A DNA stretch of 63,737 bases, counting the filler, from Acetivibrio sp. (GTDB lineage: Bacteria; Bacillota; Clostridia; Acetivibrionales; Acetivibrionaceae), in NCBI RefSeq assembly GCF_035371925.1. It is 5 parts of 5 records of this genome, joined end to end, with 100 filler letters (N's around TTAATTAATTAA, not from the genome) between each part and the next. Parts side by side here need not be neighbours in the genome. Positions count along the whole stretch, not along the records: positions 1 to 15,914 come from NZ_DAORXT010000067.1; 4 more parts are not named here. One strand, given 5' to 3'. Made by a program: the position numbers and the translations under genes. The notes under the pieces were generated by a model that was not told the origin of the DNA, ran no database searches, and worked only from the letters and a program-made list of their open reading frames with translations. Below are positions 1-9,555 of the stretch, piece by piece (within the stretch, counting starts at the first letter, position 1; each line of letters starts with the position of its first letter).

Positions 1-2
1 TT

Positions 3-52
3 AAAACAGGGTTCTGTAAGATTTTGTAAGGCAATTAAACTTGCAATTTAAA
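3..52. repeat. 50-bp sequence identical to the reverse complement of 61593-61642; probable end of a multicopy (IS-like) element at a contig break
   Basis: aaaacagggttctgtaagattttgtaaggcaattaaacttgcaatttaaa matches the RC of 61593-61642 exactly, flanks diverge after TTTAAA, and both copies lie at contig/window ends. Confidence 0.85.
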
Positions 53-1135
53 GACAGCGGTATATCATCAAATGCTCTTGATGAGTTCATTAGCACTTAT
101 AATCAGTTGATAGAGGAGAATGAATCCCTTACAGGTCTTAATTTTCAAACCCATTTTGAAAATGAAAAAATAAAGATTTTGCAAAGGATTAATGTACCGT
201 GGGTCGGAGAGTCATCCACAAGGGGTTTTATATGGTGGAATTACGATGCTGTTAAAGGTGATTTTGAACACTTTAAAAATGAGAGGGCGCTTTCATGGGC
301 ACTTCCTCATGAAATAGGCCATCAATTTGACATCGACAGATGGAACTTTGATCCTGAATTCTGGGGAAGCTTTAAAGGCTATGCTGCTTTGGCAAGAGTG
401 GGATGTGTTGTATACATGGGCAATGAATACTATGGAAAAGAAGGCACACCCGATCTGGGGAAATTCTTTGAATATAGAGATTGGGACAAATTTGAAAATA
501 ACGAATATTCGGGAGATTATATAATAGGATTATTAGGCGTTCGGGCAGATATATCTTGGGATTCATTTACACAAGCATTCCAATATTTTGCTGATGGAAG
601 TAATTATATTCCAAGCAACTATTATGAGAAGTTTCGTCTGTTCCTCAATAAATTGGACGAGTATGAAAACAGACCAATAGGATCTACACTTTCCTTATTT
701 ACCGAACAACAGCTAACTGTTATTGAGTATCAATTAAACAAGAACGGCGGCGATGTATCACTCCATGAAGCTGAAACTGCTTATTACCAGAACTTAGCAG
801 TAGTAAATAAGGACAACTGCTCGGGCGGAAAGTATGTTGAAGTCACAGGTGCAAATACCCTGGGATATTATACCGCAAGAAATGTATCCGGTACATATTT
901 GATAAAAATAACTTATTTATCGGGAACATACAGAAAGCTGGATGTTGTTATAAACGGTACAACTTACCAAGTAGAATGTCCCCAGTCAGGTTGGGATACA
1001 CCGAAAAGTGTATTTTTGATAGCCGATTTGGAAAGCAGCTTAAACAGTATTATAATAAAAAATTCACCGGGTTATCAGCAAGGAACGGTGGGCATAGATT
1101 GTATAGAAGTGCTGAAAAAGTATACCGGGACTTAA
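41..1135 (+). CDS. M60-like/gluzincin zinc metallopeptidase with C-terminal CBM6/CBM35-like module, 5'-truncated
   Basis: WALPHEIGH (HExxH) followed by a downstream Glu (DPEFW); C-terminal LHEAETAY...SGGKYV...LESSLNSIII beta-sandwich signature; TTG start lies inside the 3-52 repeat; no signal peptide. Confidence 0.6.
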   Translation: MQFKDSGISSNALDEFISTYNQLIEENESLTGLNFQTHFENEKIKILQRINVPWVGESSTRGFIWWNYDAVKGDFEHFKNERALSWALPHEIGHQFDIDRWNFDPEFWGSFKGYAALARVGCVVYMGNEYYGKEGTPDLGKFFEYRDWDKFENNEYSGDYIIGLLGVRADISWDSFTQAFQYFADGSNYIPSNYYEKFRLFLNKLDEYENRPIGSTLSLFTEQQLTVIEYQLNKNGGDVSLHEAETAYYQNLAVVNKDNCSGGKYVEVTGANTLGYYTARNVSGTYLIKITYLSGTYRKLDVVINGTTYQVECPQSGWDTPKSVFLIADLESSLNSIIIKNSPGYQQGTVGIDCIEVLKKYTGT

Positions 1136-1216
1136 TAGAGTCAGTAAAGACCTGACTTATCTGCATAAATTGATCCTTCTTAAACAGATATGCAGAAAAA
1201 GTACTGGGCTATATAT

Positions 1217-1256
1217 AAATACCATACAGGCATAATATTATGCCTGTATGGTATTT
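1217..1256. terminator. Perfect 40-bp palindrome, probable bidirectional terminator between convergent genes
   Basis: aaataccatacaggcataat / attatgcctgtatggtattt followed by a T-run. Confidence 0.8.
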
Positions 1257-1267
1257 TTTTTAAGACT

Positions 1268-2554
1268 TTATTTTTGACGAGCTTTTTTTGCCTTCTTGGT
1301 ATGAAACTCCGGCGCTTCCTTAATTGCAGTTCCAAGAACCCTGAAAGCCTTTCGTATCATTTTACTTGTTTCTTTGTCAAGCTTTAACGGTTTGTCCCCA
1401 ACATCATTCCAGCCGGGGATGGACAGGTCATCCGGAGGAAGCTCCAACTGCTCCCAATTGGCAAACAGCCGTCCCCAGTCCGAATTTAGGATTTCCTCAA
1501 CTCTGTAATAGTTTTTAGGATACCAGTACATATCATGGTAGGTGACACTTGCTATATAGGACCATGGTGCCAAAATTGTTTTTAGAGTCCATTCCATAGG
1601 CTTTTTCAATGGACCCCAATAAATCAAATGCTGACATCTGCTGGCAAAAGTCATTTTTTCAAAGGGACCTACAAAATTCCACTTTTCATCCAATGCATCA
1701 AGGTCTCCGACGATTTCAATCTCTCTGACATCACCGCATCCCAGACCTAAATCGTGGGCCAAGCGGATATATTTGCAATCCTTTAGAGGGTCGAAACCCA
1801 TCAGTTTTGCCGCTACGGCGTCGATGGCTACTTGATCTGCCGAAGCCAAAAGCACATTTTTTACATGGGGAACCATACAGCGAGGACCCGGTCCGTCCCC
1901 TGCGAAAGTTCCGTCCATAACGGCAAAAACTCCATTATGGATCTTTTTTTGAATCATAAGCAAATCCACCAAAGTTTCATGAATCACCGGATGAGTCCAA
2001 TGCCTCTTTTCATTCAAAAGCCCTCCGAAAGCGTTTTTCATAGCTCCGGTAGTGGTGGTGAATACATGGGTTTTTACGGTAGGAAGATGTATGATGTTTT
2101 CTCCAATAAACCTTTTAGGAATGGAAAAACCTTTGGGATAAACCTCATTGAGGCATAGAAACTTCTTTGTAAGGTCTCCCACTGCCTCTCTTATATCAAT
2201 CCATTCTTCTCCTTCATAGAGGTGAATGTTTCGAAGGTTATGAGATTCTATGACATTAATTTGCTTGTTTTCCCTCTCACCCAGATGCGCATCAATTACC
2301 ACCGTTCTGTTGTGGCAGCCGTGGATAAGCTCGGATTTGAACCCGTCACGTTTTAAAGCACGGATAACACCTTCAAGCTGCCAAGGTGTTGTGGAGCTTC
2401 CAGGATAGAAAAAATGCCAGCTTATATTTATTTTAAGTGCCGTATCAACATCTTTGGAGATATAGTTCTGATAATCGGCAAGATTCATAAGTCTATGATA
2501 ATCCTCCAAAACTGTGGCTGGAGTGGTTTTAATAATGGCTACCTTTGACTTCAT
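1268..2554 (-). CDS. DUF362 domain protein (putative Fe-S protein)
   Basis: LKINISW...TTPWQLEGV, HLPTVKTH...TTGAMKNAFG, VMDG..AGDGPGP, ASADQVAIDAVAAKLMG motifs. Confidence 0.8.
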   Translation of the reverse strand: MKSKVAIIKTTPATVLEDYHRLMNLADYQNYISKDVDTALKINISWHFFYPGSSTTPWQLEGVIRALKRDGFKSELIHGCHNRTVVIDAHLGERENKQINVIESHNLRNIHLYEGEEWIDIREAVGDLTKKFLCLNEVYPKGFSIPKRFIGENIIHLPTVKTHVFTTTTGAMKNAFGGLLNEKRHWTHPVIHETLVDLLMIQKKIHNGVFAVMDGTFAGDGPGPRCMVPHVKNVLLASADQVAIDAVAAKLMGFDPLKDCKYIRLAHDLGLGCGDVREIEIVGDLDALDEKWNFVGPFEKMTFASRCQHLIYWGPLKKPMEWTLKTILAPWSYIASVTYHDMYWYPKNYYRVEEILNSDWGRLFANWEQLELPPDDLSIPGWNDVGDKPLKLDKETSKMIRKAFRVLGTAIKEAPEFHTKKAKKARQK

Positions 2555-2778
2555 CTTTTGCTTGTCCTTTCTTCTTTTTTTAGAACATTATAACACATTT
2601 TATCTAAGATAAGTAGGGGAATAATATGCATTTTAACAAATCCGCTTTAATATAAGTATACATAAGACGATATATGTATTGATTGATTTTATAAAAATCA
2701 TGAGCAATATAAAAAACCAAGGATTTCAAGGCGCTATGCAAAATTTAAATACTATTTGAAATATGGTGGGGTATCAAA

Positions 2779-3957
2779 GTGGCTAACTATAAAAAAGTGG
2801 ATACAGCGAATCTGGACAAGATAATAAAGAAGACAGTTGAAGCTATAAACAACAGTAAAACGGAGTTGTTTGATATTGCCGAAAGTGCAAGGAAGGAGTG
2901 CCAAAGGCTTGAGAAGGAGCTGGTGGAGCTAAAGCAAAGGACGGCTGAAATTATTCAAAGTGTGGGACTTCTTGAAATTGCACTTAATGAAAGCAAGAAA
3001 CAGCTAATGCTTGTAAGCAAAAATTACGATAAATATTCTGAGGATGAAATAAGAGAAGCTTATGAGAATGCTGACAATATCCGGGTTGAGCTTGCCATAA
3101 AGCGGGAACGGGAGCAATATTACATCAAAAGAAGAAACGAATTGGAATTGCGCCTGAAAAACGCTTATAAAACTGTTGAAAAAGCAGACAACCTTATTTC
3201 TCAGATTGGAGTATCCTTAAGCTACTTAACCGGAGACCTTGAGAATGTGAGCCTTCAGATTGAAGATATGAAGCAGAAAAGACTTTTGGGGCTAAAGATA
3301 ATAAAGGCTCAGGAGGAAGAGCGCCAAAGGGTTGCAAGGGAAATTCATGACGGTCCTGCCCAATTGATGTCCAATATTGTTTTAAAGGCGGAAATGTGCG
3401 AAAGGTTGGTTGACAGTGAACCCAAAAGGGCCAAAGAGGAACTTAAGACTTTAAGGTCTTGTGTCAGAGACACCCTTCGGGATGTAAGAAAAATAATATA
3501 CGACTTAAGGCCGATGTCATTGGATGACTTAGGTTTGATACCGACCCTTCAAAGATATTTGGAAACCTGTCAGGAAGAATCCGAATTGGAAGTATCGTTT
3601 AAAACAAGAGGCGCATTTGAACAATTGAGGCCTGCAATATCTTTAACAGTTTTCAGACTTGTCCAGGAAGCCGTAAATAATATAAAAAAGCATGCTCATG
3701 CAAATAAAGTAGTTATAAATCTTGAATTTTTAGAAAAAGAGCTAAAACTATATATAGCAGACGATGGAGTTGGCTTTGAGCCCGGTTTGCTCAAGACGAG
3801 CGGAAAAAACATTAACAGTGGCTTCGGGCTTATAAGCATGAGAGAAAGAGTTGAGCTTTTGGACGGTAAATTTGAAATTGATTCTACTATCGGCAAAGGA
3901 ACCAGACTTAATATAACTCTACCTTTAATACCGGAAGAGGGGGTCTCAAATGGATAA
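2779..3957 (+). CDS. degS: DegS-type cytoplasmic sensor histidine kinase
   Basis: Long coiled-coil N-terminus, HisKA_3 H-box (REIHDGPAQ), ATPase motifs DDGVGF and GFGLISMRER, GKGT; overlaps the response regulator gene. Confidence 0.85.
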   Translation: MANYKKVDTANLDKIIKKTVEAINNSKTELFDIAESARKECQRLEKELVELKQRTAEIIQSVGLLEIALNESKKQLMLVSKNYDKYSEDEIREAYENADNIRVELAIKREREQYYIKRRNELELRLKNAYKTVEKADNLISQIGVSLSYLTGDLENVSLQIEDMKQKRLLGLKIIKAQEEERQRVAREIHDGPAQLMSNIVLKAEMCERLVDSEPKRAKEELKTLRSCVRDTLRDVRKIIYDLRPMSLDDLGLIPTLQRYLETCQEESELEVSFKTRGAFEQLRPAISLTVFRLVQEAVNNIKKHAHANKVVINLEFLEKELKLYIADDGVGFEPGLLKTSGKNINSGFGLISMRERVELLDGKFEIDSTIGKGTRLNITLPLIPEEGVSNG

Positions 3958-4600
3958 GATAAGAGTTGCAATAGCAGATGACCATGTTATGGTAAGAGAA
4001 GGGCTAAAGCAAATTTTAGAGCTGGAAAACGATATCGTTGTGGTGGCTCAGGCATCCAACGGCGAGGAAGCTGTAAAAGTTGCAAAAGAATATCAGCCGG
4101 ACGTTATTCTTATGGATATAAATATGCCTGAAATAAACGGTTTGCAGGCAATAGAGAAAATAAAGGCTGATAATCTTGCAACAAAAATTATTGTACTTAC
4201 CATTCATGAAGATAAAGAGTATTTGATTAAGACCATCCACATGGGAGCAGAAGGATATGTACTCAAAGATGCCGATTCTATGGTGTTGGTTGAGGCTATA
4301 CGAAGTGTAAACAAGGGAGAGTCCTATATCCAGTCAAACATGACAAAAGAGCTTGTCAAGGAGTTTAACCGGGTAACGGTAAATGAAAAAGACAAAAAAC
4401 CGGAAAACAATTTAACACCCAGAGAGCTTGAAGTTTTGGAGTTGATAGCTCAGGGGCTTATCAACAAGGAGATTGCAAAACGCCTTTTTATCAGTGAGAA
4501 AACAGTTAAAAATCACGTTTCGAATATTTTTAAAAAGCTTAATGTGTCAGACAGAACACAGGCTGCAATATATGCTTATAAACACAATATTGCAAATTAG
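3950..4600 (+). CDS. degU: NarL/DegU family response regulator
   Basis: Receiver (ADDH, LMDINMP) plus LuxR HTH (LTPRELEVL...NKEIAKRLFISEKTVKNH). Confidence 0.85.
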   Translation: MDKIRVAIADDHVMVREGLKQILELENDIVVVAQASNGEEAVKVAKEYQPDVILMDINMPEINGLQAIEKIKADNLATKIIVLTIHEDKEYLIKTIHMGAEGYVLKDADSMVLVEAIRSVNKGESYIQSNMTKELVKEFNRVTVNEKDKKPENNLTPRELEVLELIAQGLINKEIAKRLFISEKTVKNHVSNIFKKLNVSDRTQAAIYAYKHNIAN

Positions 4601-4883
4601 TTTTCAGATTCCTGCCTCAAACTTTGTCCAAAGTTGAAAGTCTCATTGAATTTAATAAAATAGCCGGTAAAATAGCATGTTACATATCAAAATACGTGTT
4701 TTCTGTTTTGCCTGAAGGAACATTTGCGTTTTATACTTTTTATACTTATGTCTTTATGAATGGAATTTACTATAAAGCTTATAAGAGTTTAGAACGATAA
4801 ATTACAATAATATTGTAATTAGATATGATATGTTTCCAAAGTATGTATATGTGTTGGCGTTATTTTAATTCGAGGAGGAAGCT

Positions 4884-7352
4884 ATGGGGTTTGGTTGTAT
4901 TAAAGGAATAAAAGCTTTAATTGCTAAAGCAATTGCGAAGGCCGGGCAATTGGCCCGATTCAAACCAACGGGCAAATCAATGAAAACTGCAAAGGATAAT
5001 GTAAAAGGCAAGGAAATTTTCAGTGATTATACAGCCTATAATAAAAATTGGTTTGAAAAAATAGTTGGATTCTTAAAATTGAATAAAATAAAAATAGGAA
5101 TTAAAATAAACCTTTCTTTTATTATAACTATTATTCTTCTGTCGGTGGTCTTGGGATATTCCCTTTTAACTCTGTCAAATATCATGATAGAACAAACTAA
5201 AAAGAGTACTTTAGGAGTCATGGAGCAGACGGGAAACAAGATAAAAATTGTTCTCGAGGAAATTGACAATTTGGCCATGTCTGTTTCGAGGGACAGTATA
5301 ATTGCTCCTGCCGTAGATGAAATCAACAATGCTGAAAATGAACATATGCGTGCCCGATGGGCCGGTATTATTAAACCCTATCTTAATGCATATTACAGCT
5401 ATAGAATTGATACGCTTGCCAACGTGACTTTAGTTTCCAACAACGGCTATGGAGTTGTCGGAGGAGAGGGAAGCTTTGAAGAAATGAGATTTAATTATTA
5501 TGATTCCATAACTGCTCGTGAGTTTGTAGAAAGCGGCGCAAAATCGTTATGGATTGATACATATATCAGTGACATTAACTTTTTGAGGAGAAAGGGCGGT
5601 AATACGACGATTGCCCTCATGAAGGCAGTTTATACGGCAACGAGTTTAAAAAGTGTCGGGGTTCTGCAAATAAACATCAGAGAAGATTCCTTGGAGCGTA
5701 TGCTGAAAGATGTTCAAATCCCTTATAACGGATGTTTTTACATAGTGGGCGGTAAAAACAACATGATATTTAATCCTCAAGATATGAACGATAACGGCCT
5801 TTTGATTGAGGATCTCAGTTATGTAAACAGCGAGGGTAAAACCAAGGCAGATTTGTTGAAGAAGACGGAACTGCTTTCCTTAAGAGATACGGAAGTAAAA
5901 GAGCTGTTGTATAAAGCCGATACGGGGGTGGAGCTTGACGAAAAAACACTCAAAGGCCTTCGGGAAAGGGACGGCTACATAAACCCTCGTGTTCTTGAAA
6001 AGGTAAAGGAGAGAATAAATGAGATTCAGTCGGAAAACAAGCAAGCGACAGCCTTTGGAGGTATTGTTGAAGGTGATATTGCAATCAACGGTAAAAAGAT
6101 GCTGGTTACTTTCTACACTATAAGAGAAATTAAGAGTACACCTTTGGAATGGACTTTGATATCTATAACACCTTTAGAAAACATAACCCGGGATGTAAAC
6201 TCCGTGGCCGGGTTTATAGTGCTTATTGGTGTTTTATGCGTTATAATCGGGATAATTCTTTCGGTGCTGGTTACCGGAGATATTTCGTTGAGTATTGGGA
6301 AACTGATAAAATCAATGAATAAAATAAAAGAAGGGGATCTGGAAGTAGAATGTGATACAGGCAGAAGAGATGAGATAGGAAGATTGGGAATAAACTTTAT
6401 GGATATGGCAGAAAACTTGAAAAAGCTTATCGGAAGCATAAAAAACGCATCCAACATAGCCGTTGAATCGTCTCAAACGGTATCTGCAACCTGCCAGCAG
6501 AACTATTCATCCATCCAGGAGTTTTCGGCGATGCTCGATGAAATGAAGGATGAAATCAATTCCCAAACGCAGGAAATAATGAACAACGATGTTATAGTAA
6601 ATGAGCTTTCGGAACAGATTCAAGTAATTATAGACAATTTCAAAAATGTAAACAATATTGTTGCCGGAGCAAAAAAGCTGGGCGAGAACGGAAAGGATAC
6701 TGTAAATACCTTAAAGAGCAATGCTGATGAAGTAAAAAAGACTATACAAGAATTCTCCGAGCTTATCGGAAGTCTCAAAAGAGAGTCGGCGGAAATTTCA
6801 AAAATAACTTCGACCATAAAGGGTATTTCCAGTCAGACAAATCTCTTGGCTCTCAATGCGACAATTGAGGCGGCAAGAGCGGGAGAGGCAGGAAAGAGCT
6901 TTAGCGTTGTTGCATCCGACATCAAGAAGCTTGCCGACCAGTCAAGGGTGTCTGCAAATTATATTGAATCAAAACTGAAAAACATAGGCAAGACCATTGA
7001 AAAGACCAATGAAGCTGTCAAGTCTTCCAACGAGGTAATCAGCGGGCATGACCATGCTGTTGTTGAAACTATAGACAAGTTTGACAACATAGTGGGCTTT
7101 ATGGATAACATATTCAGTGCAATTACAAGTATTGCCGATTATGTGCAGCATATAGAAGATGCACGGTGCAATATTATTAAGTCCATGGAAAAGCTTAATG
7201 ACAGTACGAAGAACAATATCAATGAGATACAGAATATTTCTGCCGCCATGGATGAGCAGGTGGATTTGATAAAGCATCTTCTCAGTCTTTCGGAAGATTT
7301 GAGTACACTGTCTGCAAAACTTGAACAGACCATTAATATATTTAAAATATAA
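4884..7352 (+). CDS. Methyl-accepting chemotaxis protein (two TM helices, Cache-like sensor, HAMP, MCP signal domain)
   Basis: [34 protein letters not shown] hairpin-tip motif; HAMP RDEIGRL; RBS gaggagg. Confidence 0.92.
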   Translation: MGFGCIKGIKALIAKAIAKAGQLARFKPTGKSMKTAKDNVKGKEIFSDYTAYNKNWFEKIVGFLKLNKIKIGIKINLSFIITIILLSVVLGYSLLTLSNIMIEQTKKSTLGVMEQTGNKIKIVLEEIDNLAMSVSRDSIIAPAVDEINNAENEHMRARWAGIIKPYLNAYYSYRIDTLANVTLVSNNGYGVVGGEGSFEEMRFNYYDSITAREFVESGAKSLWIDTYISDINFLRRKGGNTTIALMKAVYTATSLKSVGVLQINIREDSLERMLKDVQIPYNGCFYIVGGKNNMIFNPQDMNDNGLLIEDLSYVNSEGKTKADLLKKTELLSLRDTEVKELLYKADTGVELDEKTLKGLRERDGYINPRVLEKVKERINEIQSENKQATAFGGIVEGDIAINGKKMLVTFYTIREIKSTPLEWTLISITPLENITRDVNSVAGFIVLIGVLCVIIGIILSVLVTGDISLSIGKLIKSMNKIKEGDLEVECDTGRRDEIGRLGINFMDMAENLKKLIGSIKNASNIAVESSQTVSATCQQNYSSIQEFSAMLDEMKDEINSQTQEIMNNDVIVNELSEQIQVIIDNFKNVNNIVAGAKKLGENGKDTVNTLKSNADEVKKTIQEFSELIGSLKRESAEISKITSTIKGISSQTNLLALNATIEAARAGEAGKSFSVVASDIKKLADQSRVSANYIESKLKNIGKTIEKTNEAVKSSNEVISGHDHAVVETIDKFDNIVGFMDNIFSAITSIADYVQHIEDARCNIIKSMEKLNDSTKNNINEIQNISAAMDEQVDLIKHLLSLSEDLSTLSAKLEQTINIFKI

Positions 7353-7374
7353 AAAAGATACGTAATATTTTATA

Positions 7375-7402
7375 TTGTAATATAGATAAAATGTGGTATA
7401 CT
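7375..7402 (+). promoter_or_regulatory. Putative sigma-A promoter of pgm
   Basis: TTGTAA-16 nt-TATACT with TG in the spacer. Confidence 0.5.
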
Positions 7403-7478
7403 AGGGAAAGGAAAATTTGATGTGAAAAATTAATTTTGAATTAAATTTTAATTAATTTTTATAGAGGGAGAGAAATAT

Positions 7479-9215
7479 ATGCAAAGCAGCACACTTTATA
7501 AATTCTGGCTGGAAAATGATTACTTTGATACAGAGACAAAGGAAGAGCTTTTGAGTATTAAAGACAATCCGAAGGAAATAGAGGAAAGGTTCTATAAGGA
7601 TTTGGAATTTGGTACCGGCGGACTTAGAGGAATTATAGGTGCAGGAACCAATAGAATGAATATTTATACTGTCAGAAAGGCTTCCCAAGGACTTGCGGAT
7701 TACATAAACAGTCTCGGAATGCAAGATAGGGGTATAGCAATTGCTTACGATTCCCGTTTCAAATCTCCGGAATTTGCTTTGGAAGCGGCAAAAGTTTTTG
7801 CAGGGAACGGCATAAAAGCTTTTCTTTTTGACGAATTAAGACCCACACCTGAGCTGTCTTTTACCGTAAGGCATTTGAATGCCGCTGCTGGTGTGGTTGT
7901 TACGGCAAGCCACAATCCCAAAGAGTACAACGGATACAAGGTATACGGCGAAGACGGGGGACAGCTTCCCGTTGAGGCATCAAACAAAGTTATATCTTAT
8001 ATAAACAAAATTGAGGATATAACAAAGATTAAGATTATGGAAAAGGATGAAGCAATAGAGAAGGGCTTGCTTAAGATAATCGGCAAAGAGATTGATGATG
8101 AGTATATATCAAAATTAAAAACTCTTTCTGTAAACCCTGAGCTGGCTAAAGAAATAGGAAGTACTTTTAAAATCGTATACACTCCGTTGCACGGTTCGGG
8201 CAACAAGCCTGTAAGAAGAATACTTGACGAAATCGGATTTAAAAATGTACTCGTGGTCAAAGAACAGGAGCTGCCGGACTGCGAGTTCTCCACAGTAAAG
8301 TCACCCAATCCTGAAGAGAAGGAAGCATTCAAGCTAGCCATTGAACTGGCGCAAAAGGAGAATGTGGACCTTATTATAGGTACTGACCCTGACAGTGACA
8401 GGGTGGGTATTGTTGTAAGGAACAAAGAAGGCGAGTATGTTCCCCTTACGGGTAACCAGACAGGTTGCTTGCTGCTTGAATACATATTGTCTCAAAAGAA
8501 GCAAAGAGGAGAACTGCCGGAAAATGGATTTGTAGTAAAGACAATAGTTACAACGGAGCTTGCCAGAGCTATTACTGAGGCTTACAATGTTGAACTTGTT
8601 GAAGTTTTGACCGGTTTTAAGTTCATAGGTGAGAAAATCAAACAGCTGGATGAGTTTGGAGACAAGAAGTACCTTTTCGGTTTTGAAGAAAGCTACGGAT
8701 ACCTTGCAGGAACCTTTGCGAGGGACAAGGATGCTGTTGTTGCATCCATGCTTATTGCCGAAATGGCGGCTTATTACAAATCAAGGGGCTTGACTCTTTA
8801 CGAAGGTTTGTTGGAGATACTTGAGAAATACGGATATACCCTTGAAGGAATTACTTCATTTACCCTAAAGGGAAAAGACGGCGTGGAAAAAATAAAGTCG
8901 GCTTTAACAAGCCTTAGGGAAAACAAGGTTGTAAAGTTTGGAGAATATGAAGCCGTTGCGGTAAGAGACTATCTGACAAGTGAGAGATACGATGTGGCAA
9001 CAGGTGCAAGGGAGAAATTAACGCTTGTAGAGTCGGATGTTTTGTATTATGAGCTTAGGGATAAAGCGTGGTTCTGTATAAGGCCTTCCGGCACCGAACC
9101 TAAAATAAAAATTTACTATGGCGTTACGGAAAGCAGTATGGATGCTGCAAAGGAAAAACTCAAGCATTTGCAGGATAATGTGCTTTCAGTGATAGAACCG
9201 CTTTTAAAAGATTGA
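7479..9215 (+). CDS. pgm: Phosphoglucomutase/phosphomannomutase
   Basis: FGTGG, TASHNP (phosphoserine), DPDSDR metal loop, FEESYG, IRPSGTEPK. Confidence 0.93.
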   Translation: MQSSTLYKFWLENDYFDTETKEELLSIKDNPKEIEERFYKDLEFGTGGLRGIIGAGTNRMNIYTVRKASQGLADYINSLGMQDRGIAIAYDSRFKSPEFALEAAKVFAGNGIKAFLFDELRPTPELSFTVRHLNAAAGVVVTASHNPKEYNGYKVYGEDGGQLPVEASNKVISYINKIEDITKIKIMEKDEAIEKGLLKIIGKEIDDEYISKLKTLSVNPELAKEIGSTFKIVYTPLHGSGNKPVRRILDEIGFKNVLVVKEQELPDCEFSTVKSPNPEEKEAFKLAIELAQKENVDLIIGTDPDSDRVGIVVRNKEGEYVPLTGNQTGCLLLEYILSQKKQRGELPENGFVVKTIVTTELARAITEAYNVELVEVLTGFKFIGEKIKQLDEFGDKKYLFGFEESYGYLAGTFARDKDAVVASMLIAEMAAYYKSRGLTLYEGLLEILEKYGYTLEGITSFTLKGKDGVEKIKSALTSLRENKVVKFGEYEAVAVRDYLTSERYDVATGAREKLTLVESDVLYYELRDKAWFCIRPSGTEPKIKIYYGVTESSMDAAKEKLKHLQDNVLSVIEPLLKD

Positions 9216-9252
9216 TTGTAAAATATACGATGTATTTTGACATGACGGAAAA

Positions 9253-9296
9253 ATGTGCATGCATCACTTTATGGTGGTGTATGCACATTCTTTGAT
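9253..9296 (+). terminator. Rho-independent terminator after pgm
   Basis: atgtgcat...atgcacat stem followed by a T-rich tract. Confidence 0.6.
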
Positions 9297-9555
9297 TTGG
9301 CCTCTTGGAATGAAATGAAAGAGGTATTTGGGCTTTTTTATTGATTCCTAAAATTGATTAAAATTGGTTGTCTATTATTTATAGAAGTAATTTGTGTAGC
9401 GTGTCTCAATGTGTGTTATAATAGTTAAGGTAAATGGTATATATAGCGATATATATGAAGAATATACGAAGTTTTAGGTATAGGTTTTCATGAGCATTCA
9501 TGAAAATATTTTTTATATATTATGCCGAAAGCTAATGATAAGAAGGGTGATAAGG

